Assembly (NCBI GenBank): GCA_030538475.1
Contig: JAUNTX010000009.1
Coordinates: 9,618 to 73,617 of the forward strand
Source of the DNA: Dermabacter sp.
GTDB taxonomy: Bacteria > Actinomycetota > Actinomycetes > Actinomycetales > Dermabacteraceae
Direction: 5' to 3'
DNA length: 64,000 nt
Shown here: in pieces, positions 9,844-21,649 of the stretch
How positions within the stretch are numbered: the stretch's first letter is position 1
Layout: each line of letters opens with the position of its first letter
Notes under the pieces: model-generated
Seen by the model: only the letters and a program-made list of their open reading frames with translations
Databases searched by the model: none
Told to the model about the DNA's origin: nothing
Made by a program: the position numbers and the translations under genes

Positions 9844-10436
9844 GAATCCCGCGAGGCGGGCGCGTTCTCGGGCGTCACGGGCAAGAGGGCGACGGCCGCG
9901 GCCGTGATCGCCACGGCGGCGGCCGCGAGGACGAGCGAGGGGAGGGAGCCCGCGCTCACCCACGCGAACGGAAGCACGCACAGGACGGCGAGCGCCACCG
10001 ACAGCAGACTCGCGCTGCCGAGCGCCGAGAGGATCGCGCGGCGCGCGCTCGCGCTCATCACCCCGTGCCGCCGCGCGTGGGCGGCAACGGCCCAGGACGC
10101 GTGAGCGGCCCCCAGCAGGAACGCCACGGCACATGCCCTCGGCAGCGACAGGGGAGCGCCGAGCCACAGGGTGGCGGCGAACGCGAGGAACACGAGCAGG
10201 CCCACGTCCGAATTGGGGCGCAGGCACTGAAGCGCGGTGAGGATCCCGATGACGAGCGCCGCGAGGATCATGCCCATCCCGAGCGAAGACGAGGCATCGG
10301 TGGTGGCGTCGGTGACGAGCCAGAGCGCCGCCGCGACGGAGGCGGCCGCCGCGAGGCGCAGCCGCCACTGCGCGGCGCTGATGGTCCGCACGGTCCCGAG
10401 AACGCGCACGAAGGCGCGCGTGAGGCGAGTGATCAC
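9840..10436 (-). CDS. Integral membrane protein (4-5 TM), terminal gene of the second MoxR module
   Basis: Hydrophobic segments ILAALVIGILTAL, LLVFLAFAATLWLGAPL, AILSALGSASLLSVALAVLCVLPFAWV. GTGA overlap with the DUF58 stop. Confidence 0.5.
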   Translation of the reverse strand: MITRLTRAFVRVLGTVRTISAAQWRLRLAAAASVAAALWLVTDATTDASSSLGMGMILAALVIGILTALQCLRPNSDVGLLVFLAFAATLWLGAPLSLPRACAVAFLLGAAHASWAVAAHARRHGVMSASARRAILSALGSASLLSVALAVLCVLPFAWVSAGSLPSLVLAAAAVAITAAAVALLPVTPENAPASRDS

Positions 10437-11662
10437 GGGGCATCCTCCCAGCGCGTTACCGGGACGCCGCGCCGCTCGAGCGCGCTGATCTGCACGCGTC
10501 GTTCGATGCCGCGCAGCACCCACGCCTCGTCCCAGAGCCGCCGGTCCTCCGCCCCCTCGATCCGCCGCAGGGGCGCGCCGGTGAGCCGCGAGACATCGAC
10601 GAGGCTGGGCGGCAGGGTGTCGATCACGCTCACGTGGGCGCCGGAGGCGACGAGCGTGCCGATCTTCTCGAGCACGTCGCCCCGTAGCAGCGGGGAACAC
10701 ACGTAGGTGAGGGTGCCCGCGCGGACGCGGGGAAGGCGCGCGAGGCGCACGGGGCTCAGCGCATCCCGGGAGGTGTGGGCCAGCAGCTCGACGATCCGCG
10801 CGAGCTGCCCCTGGCCCGAGCGATAACCCACCGAGCCGATCCGGGTGCCGAGGTCGCACAGCGCCACCCGGTCCCCGAGGCTGAGGAAGTGGCGCGATAG
10901 CCCCGTCACGGCCTGCACCGTCTGATCGAGGCTCGATCCCACACCGCCGGGGACGGCGCCCACCGGGTGAATGTCGGAGAGCGTATCGGTGACGATGAGA
11001 ACGTCGGTATCGCGCTCGGTAAACGTGTCGTTGGTGTGCAGCGTCCGGGTGCGAGAGGTGACCCGCCAGTTGATGCGAGTGAGCCGGTCGCCGGGGCGAA
11101 ACGCGCGCACGTCGGCCAGTGCAGTCCCGTCGCCCGTGGCCCGCGAGAGGTGCGGGCCGCTCACGCCGAGGACCTTCCTGAGCGCGGGGGCCGACGGGGC
11201 GCTCCCGGCGTTCGGCACGACGGCGAGGGTGAGGGCGGGATGGGTATCTGCCCGGCGGAAGGCGCCGAGAGCATCGGAGACCTGCACGACGATGGGCCCG
11301 AGCGGGAAGCGGCCCCAGGTATTCGGGCGCACCGTGAGCTGGGCGCTGCCCGCGTCGGTCAGCATCCCCCATCTCGGCGCGTAGGTGAGCGCATCACTCA
11401 GCGGCGCCGCCGCGGTCACGAGCGCGCCCTCGGCCGGGCTCGAGGCCTCCACGTGGACGGCGTCGGATTCCATGAGGCGCGTGTCCGAGACGCGCAGCGT
11501 GGCCGCCTCCTGAACGCGGGGCCGCATGCGGTAGGCGACCGCGAGCCAGGCCACGAGCGGAACCGCGATGAGCACGGCGTCGAGACGCCCGAACAGTGCG
11601 CCAAGCAGGAGGAACGCGGCCGCCGCCACGACCGCTCGCGTGTGCGCGGCCGTCGCTTTCAC
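10433..11662 (-). CDS. DUF58 domain protein (second copy)
   Basis: FRPGDRLTRINWRVTSRTRTLHTNDTFTERDTDVLIVTDT is the DUF58 core; it lies directly downstream of the second MoxR ATPase. Confidence 0.8.
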   Translation of the reverse strand: MKATAAHTRAVVAAAAFLLLGALFGRLDAVLIAVPLVAWLAVAYRMRPRVQEAATLRVSDTRLMESDAVHVEASSPAEGALVTAAAPLSDALTYAPRWGMLTDAGSAQLTVRPNTWGRFPLGPIVVQVSDALGAFRRADTHPALTLAVVPNAGSAPSAPALRKVLGVSGPHLSRATGDGTALADVRAFRPGDRLTRINWRVTSRTRTLHTNDTFTERDTDVLIVTDTLSDIHPVGAVPGGVGSSLDQTVQAVTGLSRHFLSLGDRVALCDLGTRIGSVGYRSGQGQLARIVELLAHTSRDALSPVRLARLPRVRAGTLTYVCSPLLRGDVLEKIGTLVASGAHVSVIDTLPPSLVDVSRLTGAPLRRIEGAEDRRLWDEAWVLRGIERRVQISALERRGVPVTRWEDAP

Positions 11663-11669
11663 GGGGTGC

Positions 11670-12674
11670 TCACTTCCCGCGCGTGGCTTCGGGCGCGCTC
11701 ACCCGCGTGAGCACGGACTGGACCACGGAGGCCGACGTGATGGCGTGCAGCCACAGCTCCGGGCGAATGAGCACGCGGTGATCCAAGCACGCGTGGGCCA
11801 CGTCCTTGATGTCCTCGGGGATGACGAAGCCGCGGCCCTGAATGAGGGCATGCGCGCGGGCGCACTGGACGAGGGCGAGGGAGCCGCGCGGGGAGGCGCC
11901 GAGCGCCACCTGGTCGTGGCTGCGGGTCGCGGCCACCAGTTCCACGGCGTAGCGGCCCACGGCCTCGCTCACCGTGACGTCTTCGACCGCGCGCTGGAGG
12001 GCGAGCAGGCCGGAGGCTTCGACCACGGTGCGTACCCGCTGAAACTCCTCGCGGCGCTCGATCCGCCGCGCGATGACCTCCCACTCCTCGTCGATCGTGG
12101 GGTAGCCGAAGCTCACCCGCACGAGGAAGCGGTCCAGCTGCGCTTCGGGCAGCGGATAGGTGCCCTCGGTTTCCACGGGGTTGGCCGTGGCGAGCACGTG
12201 GAAGGGGTTCGGCAGCGGGTGGGTGGTGCCTTCGATGCTGACCTGCCGCTCCTGCATCGCTTCCAGGAGCGCCGACTGGGTTTTCGGCGGGGTCCGGTTG
12301 ATTTCATCGGCCAGGAGGAGCCCCGTGAAGACGGGGCCGGGCCGGAACTCGAAGGCGTTCGTGGCCTGGTTGTAGACCTCCGCTCCCGTGAGGTCCGCGG
12401 GCAGCATGTCGGGCGTGAACTGAGCGCGCGTGAACGGGAGGCCGAGGGCCTCGGCGAACGAGCGGGCCGCGAGGGTCTTGCCGAGCCCGGGGGAGTCCTC
12501 GATGAGCACGTGCCCGCCCGCGAGGATGCCCGCGAGGACGGTCGTGAGCGCCGCGTCCTTGCCGACTACCGCGCGGGAGACTTCGGCGAGCACGCTACGG
12601 GCGAGCGCGGAGGCCTCGTCGATGCCGAGGCGGTCGGTGGGCGCGGGCGTGGATGGCGACGGGGGCGTGGTCAT
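11670..12674 (-). CDS. MoxR-family AAA+ ATPase (second copy)
   Basis: GHVLIEDSPGLGKT, LLADEINRTPPKTQSALLEAMQERQVSIEG, VLATANPVETEGTYPLPEAQLDRF. Confidence 0.9.
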   Translation of the reverse strand: MTTPPSPSTPAPTDRLGIDEASALARSVLAEVSRAVVGKDAALTTVLAGILAGGHVLIEDSPGLGKTLAARSFAEALGLPFTRAQFTPDMLPADLTGAEVYNQATNAFEFRPGPVFTGLLLADEINRTPPKTQSALLEAMQERQVSIEGTTHPLPNPFHVLATANPVETEGTYPLPEAQLDRFLVRVSFGYPTIDEEWEVIARRIERREEFQRVRTVVEASGLLALQRAVEDVTVSEAVGRYAVELVAATRSHDQVALGASPRGSLALVQCARAHALIQGRGFVIPEDIKDVAHACLDHRVLIRPELWLHAITSASVVQSVLTRVSAPEATRGK

Positions 12675-13327
12675 GGTGACGATTCCTCGGTGACGTGAGA
12701 GGTGGGGCGGGCGTGGGCCGTGGGGCGGGCGGGAGACGAGTGGACATCGGGCGCGCCGGTGTCGGGTGTGCGGGTGCCCGGCGCATGGGCATCCGGGCCG
12801 ACGGCGGCAGGGGCGCGGTCGGTGGACAGGACGCGGGTGAGCTCGCCATCGAGCTCCTTGAGGGCGGCGGTGAGGATCGCGCGGGTGAATCGAGGTTCGC
12901 GGCGCGCGGCGGCGTCGCTGCGGGCATAGGCGATGATCCCCGCGGTCCGGGAGGACAGGTGAAGGCTCATGCCCCGCCGCTCAGCCTCCGCCTCGACCAG
13001 GGACGCGACCTCGCCGAGGGCGCGGGCCCCCGAGCGCACGCCCTGCCGCTTCGCCTCGATGGTGCGAAAAAGATCGTCCTCGATCCGCCGCACGCGGGTG
13101 TCCTTCGCTGATTCCAGCTCACCACCGGCGCCGATCTGGGCCGCGGGAAAGCCCGTGGACTTCGCTCGCACGAGCCCCGCGTCGGCCACCCAGAAGGCGG
13201 TGGCGCCGCCGACGGCGACCAGAAGCGCGGCCACCGGGTTCAGCTGGGTGTCGAAGGCGGCGAGAGTGATGACGAGTGCGCCCGCGCCGAGGACCGCGGC
13301 CGCGCACATGAGGACGAGGCGCCTCAC
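12671..13327 (-). CDS. Membrane protein with two N-terminal TM helices (MoxR-operon associated)
   Basis: LVLMCAAAVLGAGALVITLAAF and VAALLVAVGGATAFWVA. Four-nt overlap with the MoxR start. Confidence 0.5.
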   Translation of the reverse strand: MRRLVLMCAAAVLGAGALVITLAAFDTQLNPVAALLVAVGGATAFWVADAGLVRAKSTGFPAAQIGAGGELESAKDTRVRRIEDDLFRTIEAKRQGVRSGARALGEVASLVEAEAERRGMSLHLSSRTAGIIAYARSDAAARREPRFTRAILTAALKELDGELTRVLSTDRAPAAVGPDAHAPGTRTPDTGAPDVHSSPARPTAHARPTSHVTEESSP

Positions 13328-14148
13328 CGCTCGGCCCCCGCGGGCCGCATCGGAACGTCATCGCTCGCGTCCCGCTCCTTCGCACCCACTCCTGCGGGCC
13401 GCGCCGCAGCCTCGTCGTTCGCCGCAGCCTCGCCGTGAGCCGCAGAGGCGAGAAGGGCCGCGGTCAGCGCGGTCGCCTCCTCGCGCATGGCGGCCAGGTC
13501 CGCGGCCTCGAGCACGCCAGCGCTTCGGTGGTAGGCCTGGCGATACAGCTCCCCGAGGCGCGCGAGGCTCGCGTGATCCACGCTCAGGTGCCGGATGCTC
13601 GCGAGGACAAACTCGGTCGAGGTTTCGTAAGCGAGACGCGGGCGCCCGGCGGCGCCCACCGCCTCCTCGACATCGAGCCACGCGCCAACGATGGCGTCGT
13701 GATCGGATTCCGTGCTCGCGAGGGTGGCCGTTGCCGCGCTCGCGGCGGCGTGCACCTGCGCGGTGCTCACGGCGGCCGGAGCGTCCTCGTCCGGTTCCGC
13801 CTCGCGCCGGCTCGCGACCCGGTGGCGAAGCGCACGCACGAGGGCGATGGTCACGACGGCGCCGAGCCCGAGGCCCGCCACGGTGAGCAGCACGGCGATG
13901 GCCGCCTGCACGACGAAGGCGCCCGCCCCGGCCTCCTCGGGCACCGGGACATCGGCGGTGCTCGGGGGCACGAGCGGCTCCGCGGCGGTATCGGACGTGC
14001 GCAGAAGGGAATCGAACGACGAGAAGCTGTCCCCGCCCACCTCGACAATCGTCCCGAGGTGGGCGCGCGAGGCGAGGGCGGCGCAGAGCACGACGAGGGC
14101 GGCGCATGCCACGGGCACAGCCCAGCGCCGCTGCTGCATGAGGGTCCC
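13324..14148 (-). CDS. DUF4129-like membrane protein (MoxR-operon associated)
   Basis: TM helices at the N-terminus and middle, C-terminal region WLDVEEAVGAAGRPRLAYETSTEFVLASIRHLSV…LGELYRQAYH resembling DUF4129. Start taken at the ATG giving MQQRRWAVPVA…; the ORF frame extends to 14229. Confidence 0.5.
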   Translation of the reverse strand, partial: GTLMQQRRWAVPVACAALVVLCAALASRAHLGTIVEVGGDSFSSFDSLLRTSDTAAEPLVPPSTADVPVPEEAGAGAFVVQAAIAVLLTVAGLGLGAVVTIALVRALRHRVASRREAEPDEDAPAAVSTAQVHAAASAATATLASTESDHDAIVGAWLDVEEAVGAAGRPRLAYETSTEFVLASIRHLSVDHASLARLGELYRQAYHRSAGVLEAADLAAMREEATALTAALLASAAHGEAAANDEAAARPAGVGAKERDASDDVPMRPAGAER

Positions 14149-14273
14149 TTCGTGGCGAATCGGCGCACCGCCGCGCCGCTGATGGCCCCACCCTAAAACA
14201 CGTGTGCGCTGGGAACTCTCAGGCTCCACTGTCGGCCCGGGGCCCCAGGCAGCGGGCGCGAGCGCCGTTTTAG

Positions 14274-16622
<2,349 letters not shown>

Positions 16623-16640
16623 GGCCCGTCCTCCCGCCCG

Positions 16641-17999
16641 CTACGCCTCCTCGAGCGCCCGGTTCGCGTATTCGGGCAGGAAGGCCGCGGCGATCGCGGC
16701 GAGCGTGAAGCTCGCCCCGAACACCGCAAACAGCAGGCCGAGCCCGCCCGCGTGGGCGATGACGGGAACCACGAGCGGCGCGAGCATCGCCGCGATGCGT
16801 CCCGCCGCGGTCGCCGCTCCGGCGCCCGTGGCCCGAAGCGGGGTGGGAAACACCTCGGGCGTCAGCGCATACAGGGCGCCCCACGCCCCGAGATTGAAGA
16901 AGGACAGTACGCACGCGGTGGCGAGCGCGAGCGCGGCGGCAGCGCCCTGGTGGCCGGGCCACAGAGCCTCGGCGAGCACGGGGGAGGTGCCGAACGCGAG
17001 GGCCCCGATCCCCGAGCCCGCGAGGAAGACGATGAGCGTCGCGCGCCGGCCCCAGACCTCCACGAGCACGGCCGCCACCAGGTATCCCGGCAGCTGCGCG
17101 AGAGTCATCCACAGCACGAACTCGAACGACTTGACGACCTCCATGCCGCCCTGGTGCAGCAGGGTCGGCAGCCAAATGAACGCGCCGTAGTAGGAGAAGT
17201 TGACGCCGCACCACACGAGCGCGAGCGCGATGGTGCGCGTGCGATACCGGGTGGCCCACAGCTCGCGCCACGTGGCCGGGGGCGCGGGAGGCGCGACGGG
17301 CGAGGGCTCAGAAGGCGGCGCGATCCTCGCCGCGCGCTCGAAGTCCCGCACCACAGCCTCGGCGTCCTCGTGGCGCCCGCGCGCTTCGAGGAAGCGGACC
17401 GATTCGGGAAGGCCGAAGCGAATCACGAGCGACCAGAGGGCCGGGACGGCGCCGAGGGCGAGCGCCCAGCGCCAGCCGTCCTCGTGCGCGGGCACAAGGA
17501 GGTAGCCGATCACGGCGGCCAGGAGCCAGCCGATCGCCCAGAACGACTCGAGGGCCACGACCATGCGCCCGCGGATCCTCCGCGGCGCGAACTCGGAGAC
17601 CAGGGTCGAGGCGACCGGCAGTTCCGCGCCGAGCCCGAGACCCACGACGAACCGCAGGGCGATGAGCATCGCGAGCCCCGTGCTGAGCGCCGAGAGCCCC
17701 GTGGCTACGCCGTAGACGAGCATCGTGAGGGCGAAGACCTGGCGCCGACCGATCCTGTCGGCCAGCAGACCACCGAGCGAGGCACCGATGGCCATCCCCA
17801 CGAACCCGATTGAACCGAGCACGGAGAGCTCGCCCTGGCTCGGGTGCCACGCGGCCGCGACGGCCACCATGATGAACGAGATCAGGCCGATGTCCATCGC
17901 ATCGAGCGCCCACCCCACACCTGAGCCCATGAGCAGGCGATGATGAGAGCGGGTATAGGGCAGGGCATCGAGCCGCTCGGTGCGCGTCGCATTCGCCAT
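16641..17999 (-). CDS. MFS transporter
   Basis: Twelve predicted TM segments and the MFS signature ADRIGRRQV. It is the C-terminal part of a long minus ORF whose upstream portion is antisense to gatCA. Confidence 0.75.
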   Translation of the reverse strand: MANATRTERLDALPYTRSHHRLLMGSGVGWALDAMDIGLISFIMVAVAAAWHPSQGELSVLGSIGFVGMAIGASLGGLLADRIGRRQVFALTMLVYGVATGLSALSTGLAMLIALRFVVGLGLGAELPVASTLVSEFAPRRIRGRMVVALESFWAIGWLLAAVIGYLLVPAHEDGWRWALALGAVPALWSLVIRFGLPESVRFLEARGRHEDAEAVVRDFERAARIAPPSEPSPVAPPAPPATWRELWATRYRTRTIALALVWCGVNFSYYGAFIWLPTLLHQGGMEVVKSFEFVLWMTLAQLPGYLVAAVLVEVWGRRATLIVFLAGSGIGALAFGTSPVLAEALWPGHQGAAAALALATACVLSFFNLGAWGALYALTPEVFPTPLRATGAGAATAAGRIAAMLAPLVVPVIAHAGGLGLLFAVFGASFTLAAIAAAFLPEYANRALEEA

Positions 18000-18062
18000 A
18001 CGCGCCAGTGTAGGGGCCGAGGCGCCGTCGCTGCCCCACCAGCCACCCCCTAGACTGGGCTC

Positions 18063-18359
18063 ATGCCAGCAATTGAACGTGAAGAAGTCGCGCGCCTGGC
18101 GTCTCTCGCTCGTATCGAGCTCACCGATGAGGACCTCACCCGTTTCGCGGGGGAGTTCGATGCCATTCTCGACGCCGTCGCGTCGGTCAGCGAGGTCGCC
18201 ACCGCGGACGTACCCGCCACCAGCCACCCCATGCCGATGACCAACGTGTTTCGCGCGGACGTGGTCACGAAGACCCTGACGCAAGAAGAGGCGCTCTCGG
18301 GCGCCCCCGAGGCCGCCGACGGCCGCTTCGCCGTGCCGCAGATCCTGGGCGAGGAGTGA
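18063..18359 (+). CDS. gatC: Glu/Asp-tRNA amidotransferase subunit C
   Basis: MPAIEREEVARLASLARIELTDEDLTRFAGEFDAILD is typical of GatC. Confidence 0.9.
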   Translation: MPAIEREEVARLASLARIELTDEDLTRFAGEFDAILDAVASVSEVATADVPATSHPMPMTNVFRADVVTKTLTQEEALSGAPEAADGRFAVPQILGEE

Positions 18360-18362
18360 GCC

Positions 18363-19892
18363 GTGAACGATCTTATTAAGCTGTCCGCTGCCCAGATGGC
18401 GCGCGGCCTGGCCGACGCACAGTTCAGCTCGCGCGAACTCACCGAGGCGCACCTCGCGCGCATCGACGCGGTCGATGGGGAGCTCAACTCCTTCGTCACC
18501 GTGACCGCCGAGGATGCCCTGGCCACCGCCGATGCCGTCGATACCGCGCGCGCCGCGGGCGAGGGCGTCTCGGCGCTCGCGGGCGTGCCCGTCGCCGTCA
18601 AGGATGTCGTCGTGACCCGCGGCGTGCGCACCACGGCGGGCTCGCGCATGCTCGAGAACTGGATCCCGCCGTACGACGCGACGCTCGTGACGAACCTGCG
18701 CACCGCGCAGCTGCCGATCCTCGGCAAGACCAACATGGACGAGTTCGCGATGGGCTCGTCGACCGAGACGAGCGCGTTCGGCCCCACCCGCAACCCGTGG
18801 GACCTCGAGCGGATCCCGGGTGGTTCCGGCGGTGGCTCTGCGGCCGCCGTCGGCGGTTTCGAGGCCCCGCTCGCGATTGGCACCGACACGGGCGGCTCGA
18901 TCCGCCAGCCCGCCGCCGTGACCGGCACCGTGGGCGTCAAGCCCACCTACGGCTCCGTCTCCCGCTACGGCCTCATCGCGATGGCCAGCTCGCTCGACCA
19001 GGCGGGCCCGTGCACCCGCACGGTCGAAGACGCCGCGCTGCTGCACGAGATCATGGGCGGCTACGACCCGATGGACTCCACGTCCATCAACGGCGGCTTC
19101 GGCGACTTCGTGGCCGCGGCCCGCTCGAAGGACGTCAAGGGCCTGCGCATCGGCGTCATCGAGGAACTCGAGAACGACGGCTTCGACCCGCTCGTCAAGG
19201 AGCGCTTCGAGGCGTCCCTGCGCCTGCTCGAGGAGGCGGGCGCCGAGATCGTGCGCGTGAGCTGCCCGAACTTCCAGTACGCGCTCGGCGCCTACTACCT
19301 CATCATGCCGTCGGAGGCGAGCTCCAACCTCGCCAAGTTCGACGGCATGCGCTTCGGCCTGCGGGTCGTGCCCGAGGAATCGCCCACGGCCGAACGGGTC
19401 ATGGCCGCCACGCGCGGCGCGGGCTTCGGCAACGAGGTCAAGCGCCGCATCCTGCTCGGCACCTACGCCCTGAGCTCCGGCTACTACGACGCCTACTACG
19501 GCAGCGCCCAAAAGGTGCGCACGCTCGTGCAGCGCGACTTCGCCGCCGCGTTTGAATCCGTGGACGTGCTCGCCTCGCCCACGGCGCCGACGGTGGCGTT
19601 CCGGATCGGGGAGAACATCAACAACCCGATGAAGATGTACCTCAACGACATCGCCACGATCCCGGCGAACCTCGCCGGCGTGCCCGGGATCTCGATCCCG
19701 AGCGGGCTCGCGGAAGAGGGGATGCCCGCCGGGATCCAGTTCCTGGCCCCCGCGATGGCCGATGATCGCCTGTACCGCGTGGGCGGGGCCCTCGAGGCGC
19801 TGCTCGAGCAGTCCTGGGGCGGGCCCCTGCTGGCGTCGGCCCCCGACGTGACCGGCCGTGGCGCGATGAGCAGTGAAGGAGGCGCCCTGTGA
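18363..19892 (+). CDS. gatA: Glu/Asp-tRNA amidotransferase subunit A
   Basis: Amidase signature [22 protein letters not shown]. Confidence 0.93.
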   Translation: MNDLIKLSAAQMARGLADAQFSSRELTEAHLARIDAVDGELNSFVTVTAEDALATADAVDTARAAGEGVSALAGVPVAVKDVVVTRGVRTTAGSRMLENWIPPYDATLVTNLRTAQLPILGKTNMDEFAMGSSTETSAFGPTRNPWDLERIPGGSGGGSAAAVGGFEAPLAIGTDTGGSIRQPAAVTGTVGVKPTYGSVSRYGLIAMASSLDQAGPCTRTVEDAALLHEIMGGYDPMDSTSINGGFGDFVAAARSKDVKGLRIGVIEELENDGFDPLVKERFEASLRLLEEAGAEIVRVSCPNFQYALGAYYLIMPSEASSNLAKFDGMRFGLRVVPEESPTAERVMAATRGAGFGNEVKRRILLGTYALSSGYYDAYYGSAQKVRTLVQRDFAAAFESVDVLASPTAPTVAFRIGENINNPMKMYLNDIATIPANLAGVPGISIPSGLAEEGMPAGIQFLAPAMADDRLYRVGGALEALLEQSWGGPLLASAPDVTGRGAMSSEGGAL

Positions 19893-21403
19893 GCGCATAC
19901 ACCGAGATCGAACCCATCGAGTACGAGGATGCCGCGAGCCGGTACGATCCCGTGCTCGGCATCGAGGTCCACGTGGAGCTCGGGACCGCCACGAAGATGT
20001 TCGACGGCGCCCCCAACGTGTTTGCCGCAGAACCGAACACGGCGATCACCCCCGTCTCGCTCGGCCTGCCGGGCACGCTGCCGGTGGTCAACGAGAAGGC
20101 GGTCGAGTACGCGATCACGATTGGGCTCGCGCTCAACTGCACGATTGCCGAGACCTGCCGCTTCTCGCGCAAGCAGTACTTCTACCCCGATCTGACGAAG
20201 AACTTCCAGACCTCGCAGTACGACGAACCGATTGCGTTCGACGGCTGGGTCGACGTGGAGCTGTCGGACGGTGAGATCGTGCGGGTGGAGATCGAGCGCG
20301 CGCACATGGAGGAAGACGCCGGAAAGAACACCCACATCGGTGGTGCCACCGGCCGGATCCAGGGCGCCACGCATTCGCAGGTGGACTACAACCGCGCGGG
20401 CGTTCCCCTCGTGGAGATCGTGACGCGGCCGATCCCGAACGTGGGCGAGCGCGCCCCCGAGGTGGCCGCGGCGTACGTGCGGACCCTGCGCGACATCTTC
20501 CGCACGCTCGAGGTGTCCGAGGCGAAGATGGAGCGCGGCAACGTGCGCGCCGACATCAACGTCTCGCTCAGGACCTCGCCCGAGGCGCCGCTCGGCACCC
20601 GGACGGAGACCAAGAACGTCAACTCGTTCCGCGCGATTGAGCGGGCCGTGCGCTTCGAGATGCGCAGGCAGGCCGCGATTCTCGACGCGGGGATGGACGT
20701 GATCCAGGAGACTCGTCACTTCCATGACGAGTCGGGTGAGACCAGCTCGGGGCGCGTCAAGAGCGACGCCGAGGACTACCGCTACTTCCCGGAGCCCGAT
20801 CTGGTGCCCGTGGCCCCGAGCCGCGAGTGGGTCGAGCAGCTGCGCGCGGCGCTTCCGGAGCTTCCCGCGGCCCGGCGCCGACGCCTGCTGGGCGACTGGG
20901 GCTTCACGGACCTCGAGATGCGCGACGTTATCAACGCCGGTGCGCTCGACCTCATCGATGCGACGGTCTCGAGCGGCGCTCCGGCGCAGCAGGCGCGCAA
21001 GTGGTGGATGGGTGAGCTGGCCCGTGTCGCGAAGGAAGCGGACGCGGGGCTCGATGAGCTTGCCGTGAGCCCGGCTCAGGTGGCCGAGCTCGTGAGCCTC
21101 GTGGAGGTGGGCACGATCAACGACAAGATCGGCCGTCAGGTGCTCGCGAAGGTGCTCGCCGGTGAGGGTGATCCCGCCGCCATTGTGGAGCGCGACGGCC
21201 TCGCCGTGCTGTCCGACGATTCGGCGCTCACCTCCGCTGTCGATCAGGCGATTGCCGAGAATCCTGACGTGGTGGCCAAGATCCAGGGCGGTAAGGTCCA
21301 GGCGATTGGCGCGCTCATCGGCCCGATCATGAAGGCGACGCGGGGGCAGGCCGACGCGGGCCGGGTCCGCGCGATCATCATGGAGCGCCTCGGCGTGAGC
21401 TAG
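19889..21403 (+). CDS. gatB: Glu/Asp-tRNA amidotransferase subunit B
   Basis: [20 protein letters not shown] and GatB/YqeY C-terminus; overlaps the gatA stop. Confidence 0.93.
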   Translation: MSAYTEIEPIEYEDAASRYDPVLGIEVHVELGTATKMFDGAPNVFAAEPNTAITPVSLGLPGTLPVVNEKAVEYAITIGLALNCTIAETCRFSRKQYFYPDLTKNFQTSQYDEPIAFDGWVDVELSDGEIVRVEIERAHMEEDAGKNTHIGGATGRIQGATHSQVDYNRAGVPLVEIVTRPIPNVGERAPEVAAAYVRTLRDIFRTLEVSEAKMERGNVRADINVSLRTSPEAPLGTRTETKNVNSFRAIERAVRFEMRRQAAILDAGMDVIQETRHFHDESGETSSGRVKSDAEDYRYFPEPDLVPVAPSREWVEQLRAALPELPAARRRRLLGDWGFTDLEMRDVINAGALDLIDATVSSGAPAQQARKWWMGELARVAKEADAGLDELAVSPAQVAELVSLVEVGTINDKIGRQVLAKVLAGEGDPAAIVERDGLAVLSDDSALTSAVDQAIAENPDVVAKIQGGKVQAIGALIGPIMKATRGQADAGRVRAIIMERLGVS

Positions 21404-21649
21404 CCCACGATGTGCCATACCGCACACGCGTGCTGTTGGGGTCCCCGTTCTTGCGAGAGCGGGGGCCCCGTGGTATGTACCCCGCGGTAACTGGGCCTTT
21501 AATGCGGCGGCGGCCCCACCTGGGAAAAACGGTGTTTGTGCAAGTTGGCAACGTGACGCACCTTCGTACGCTGCGGCGATGCTTGATTCGCGGCGCCAGA
21601 TCGGAACACTGGTACAGGTTGTTCGACACCCCCTGAAGGAGACCGCCAG

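Noticed and set aside
16641-19898. 1085-aa minus-strand ORF
   Set aside because: Only the C-terminal 453 aa (an MFS transporter, 16641-17999) are credible. The remainder is antisense to gatC/gatA, which have unmistakable motifs, and is a high-GC open-frame artefact.
21404-21649. Glycine riboswitch upstream of the AGCS symporter
   Set aside because: The conserved aptamer elements (…ACCGAAGG.GCAA…, CUCUGGAGAG) could not be found by eye, so it is listed only as an unexplained structured leader.
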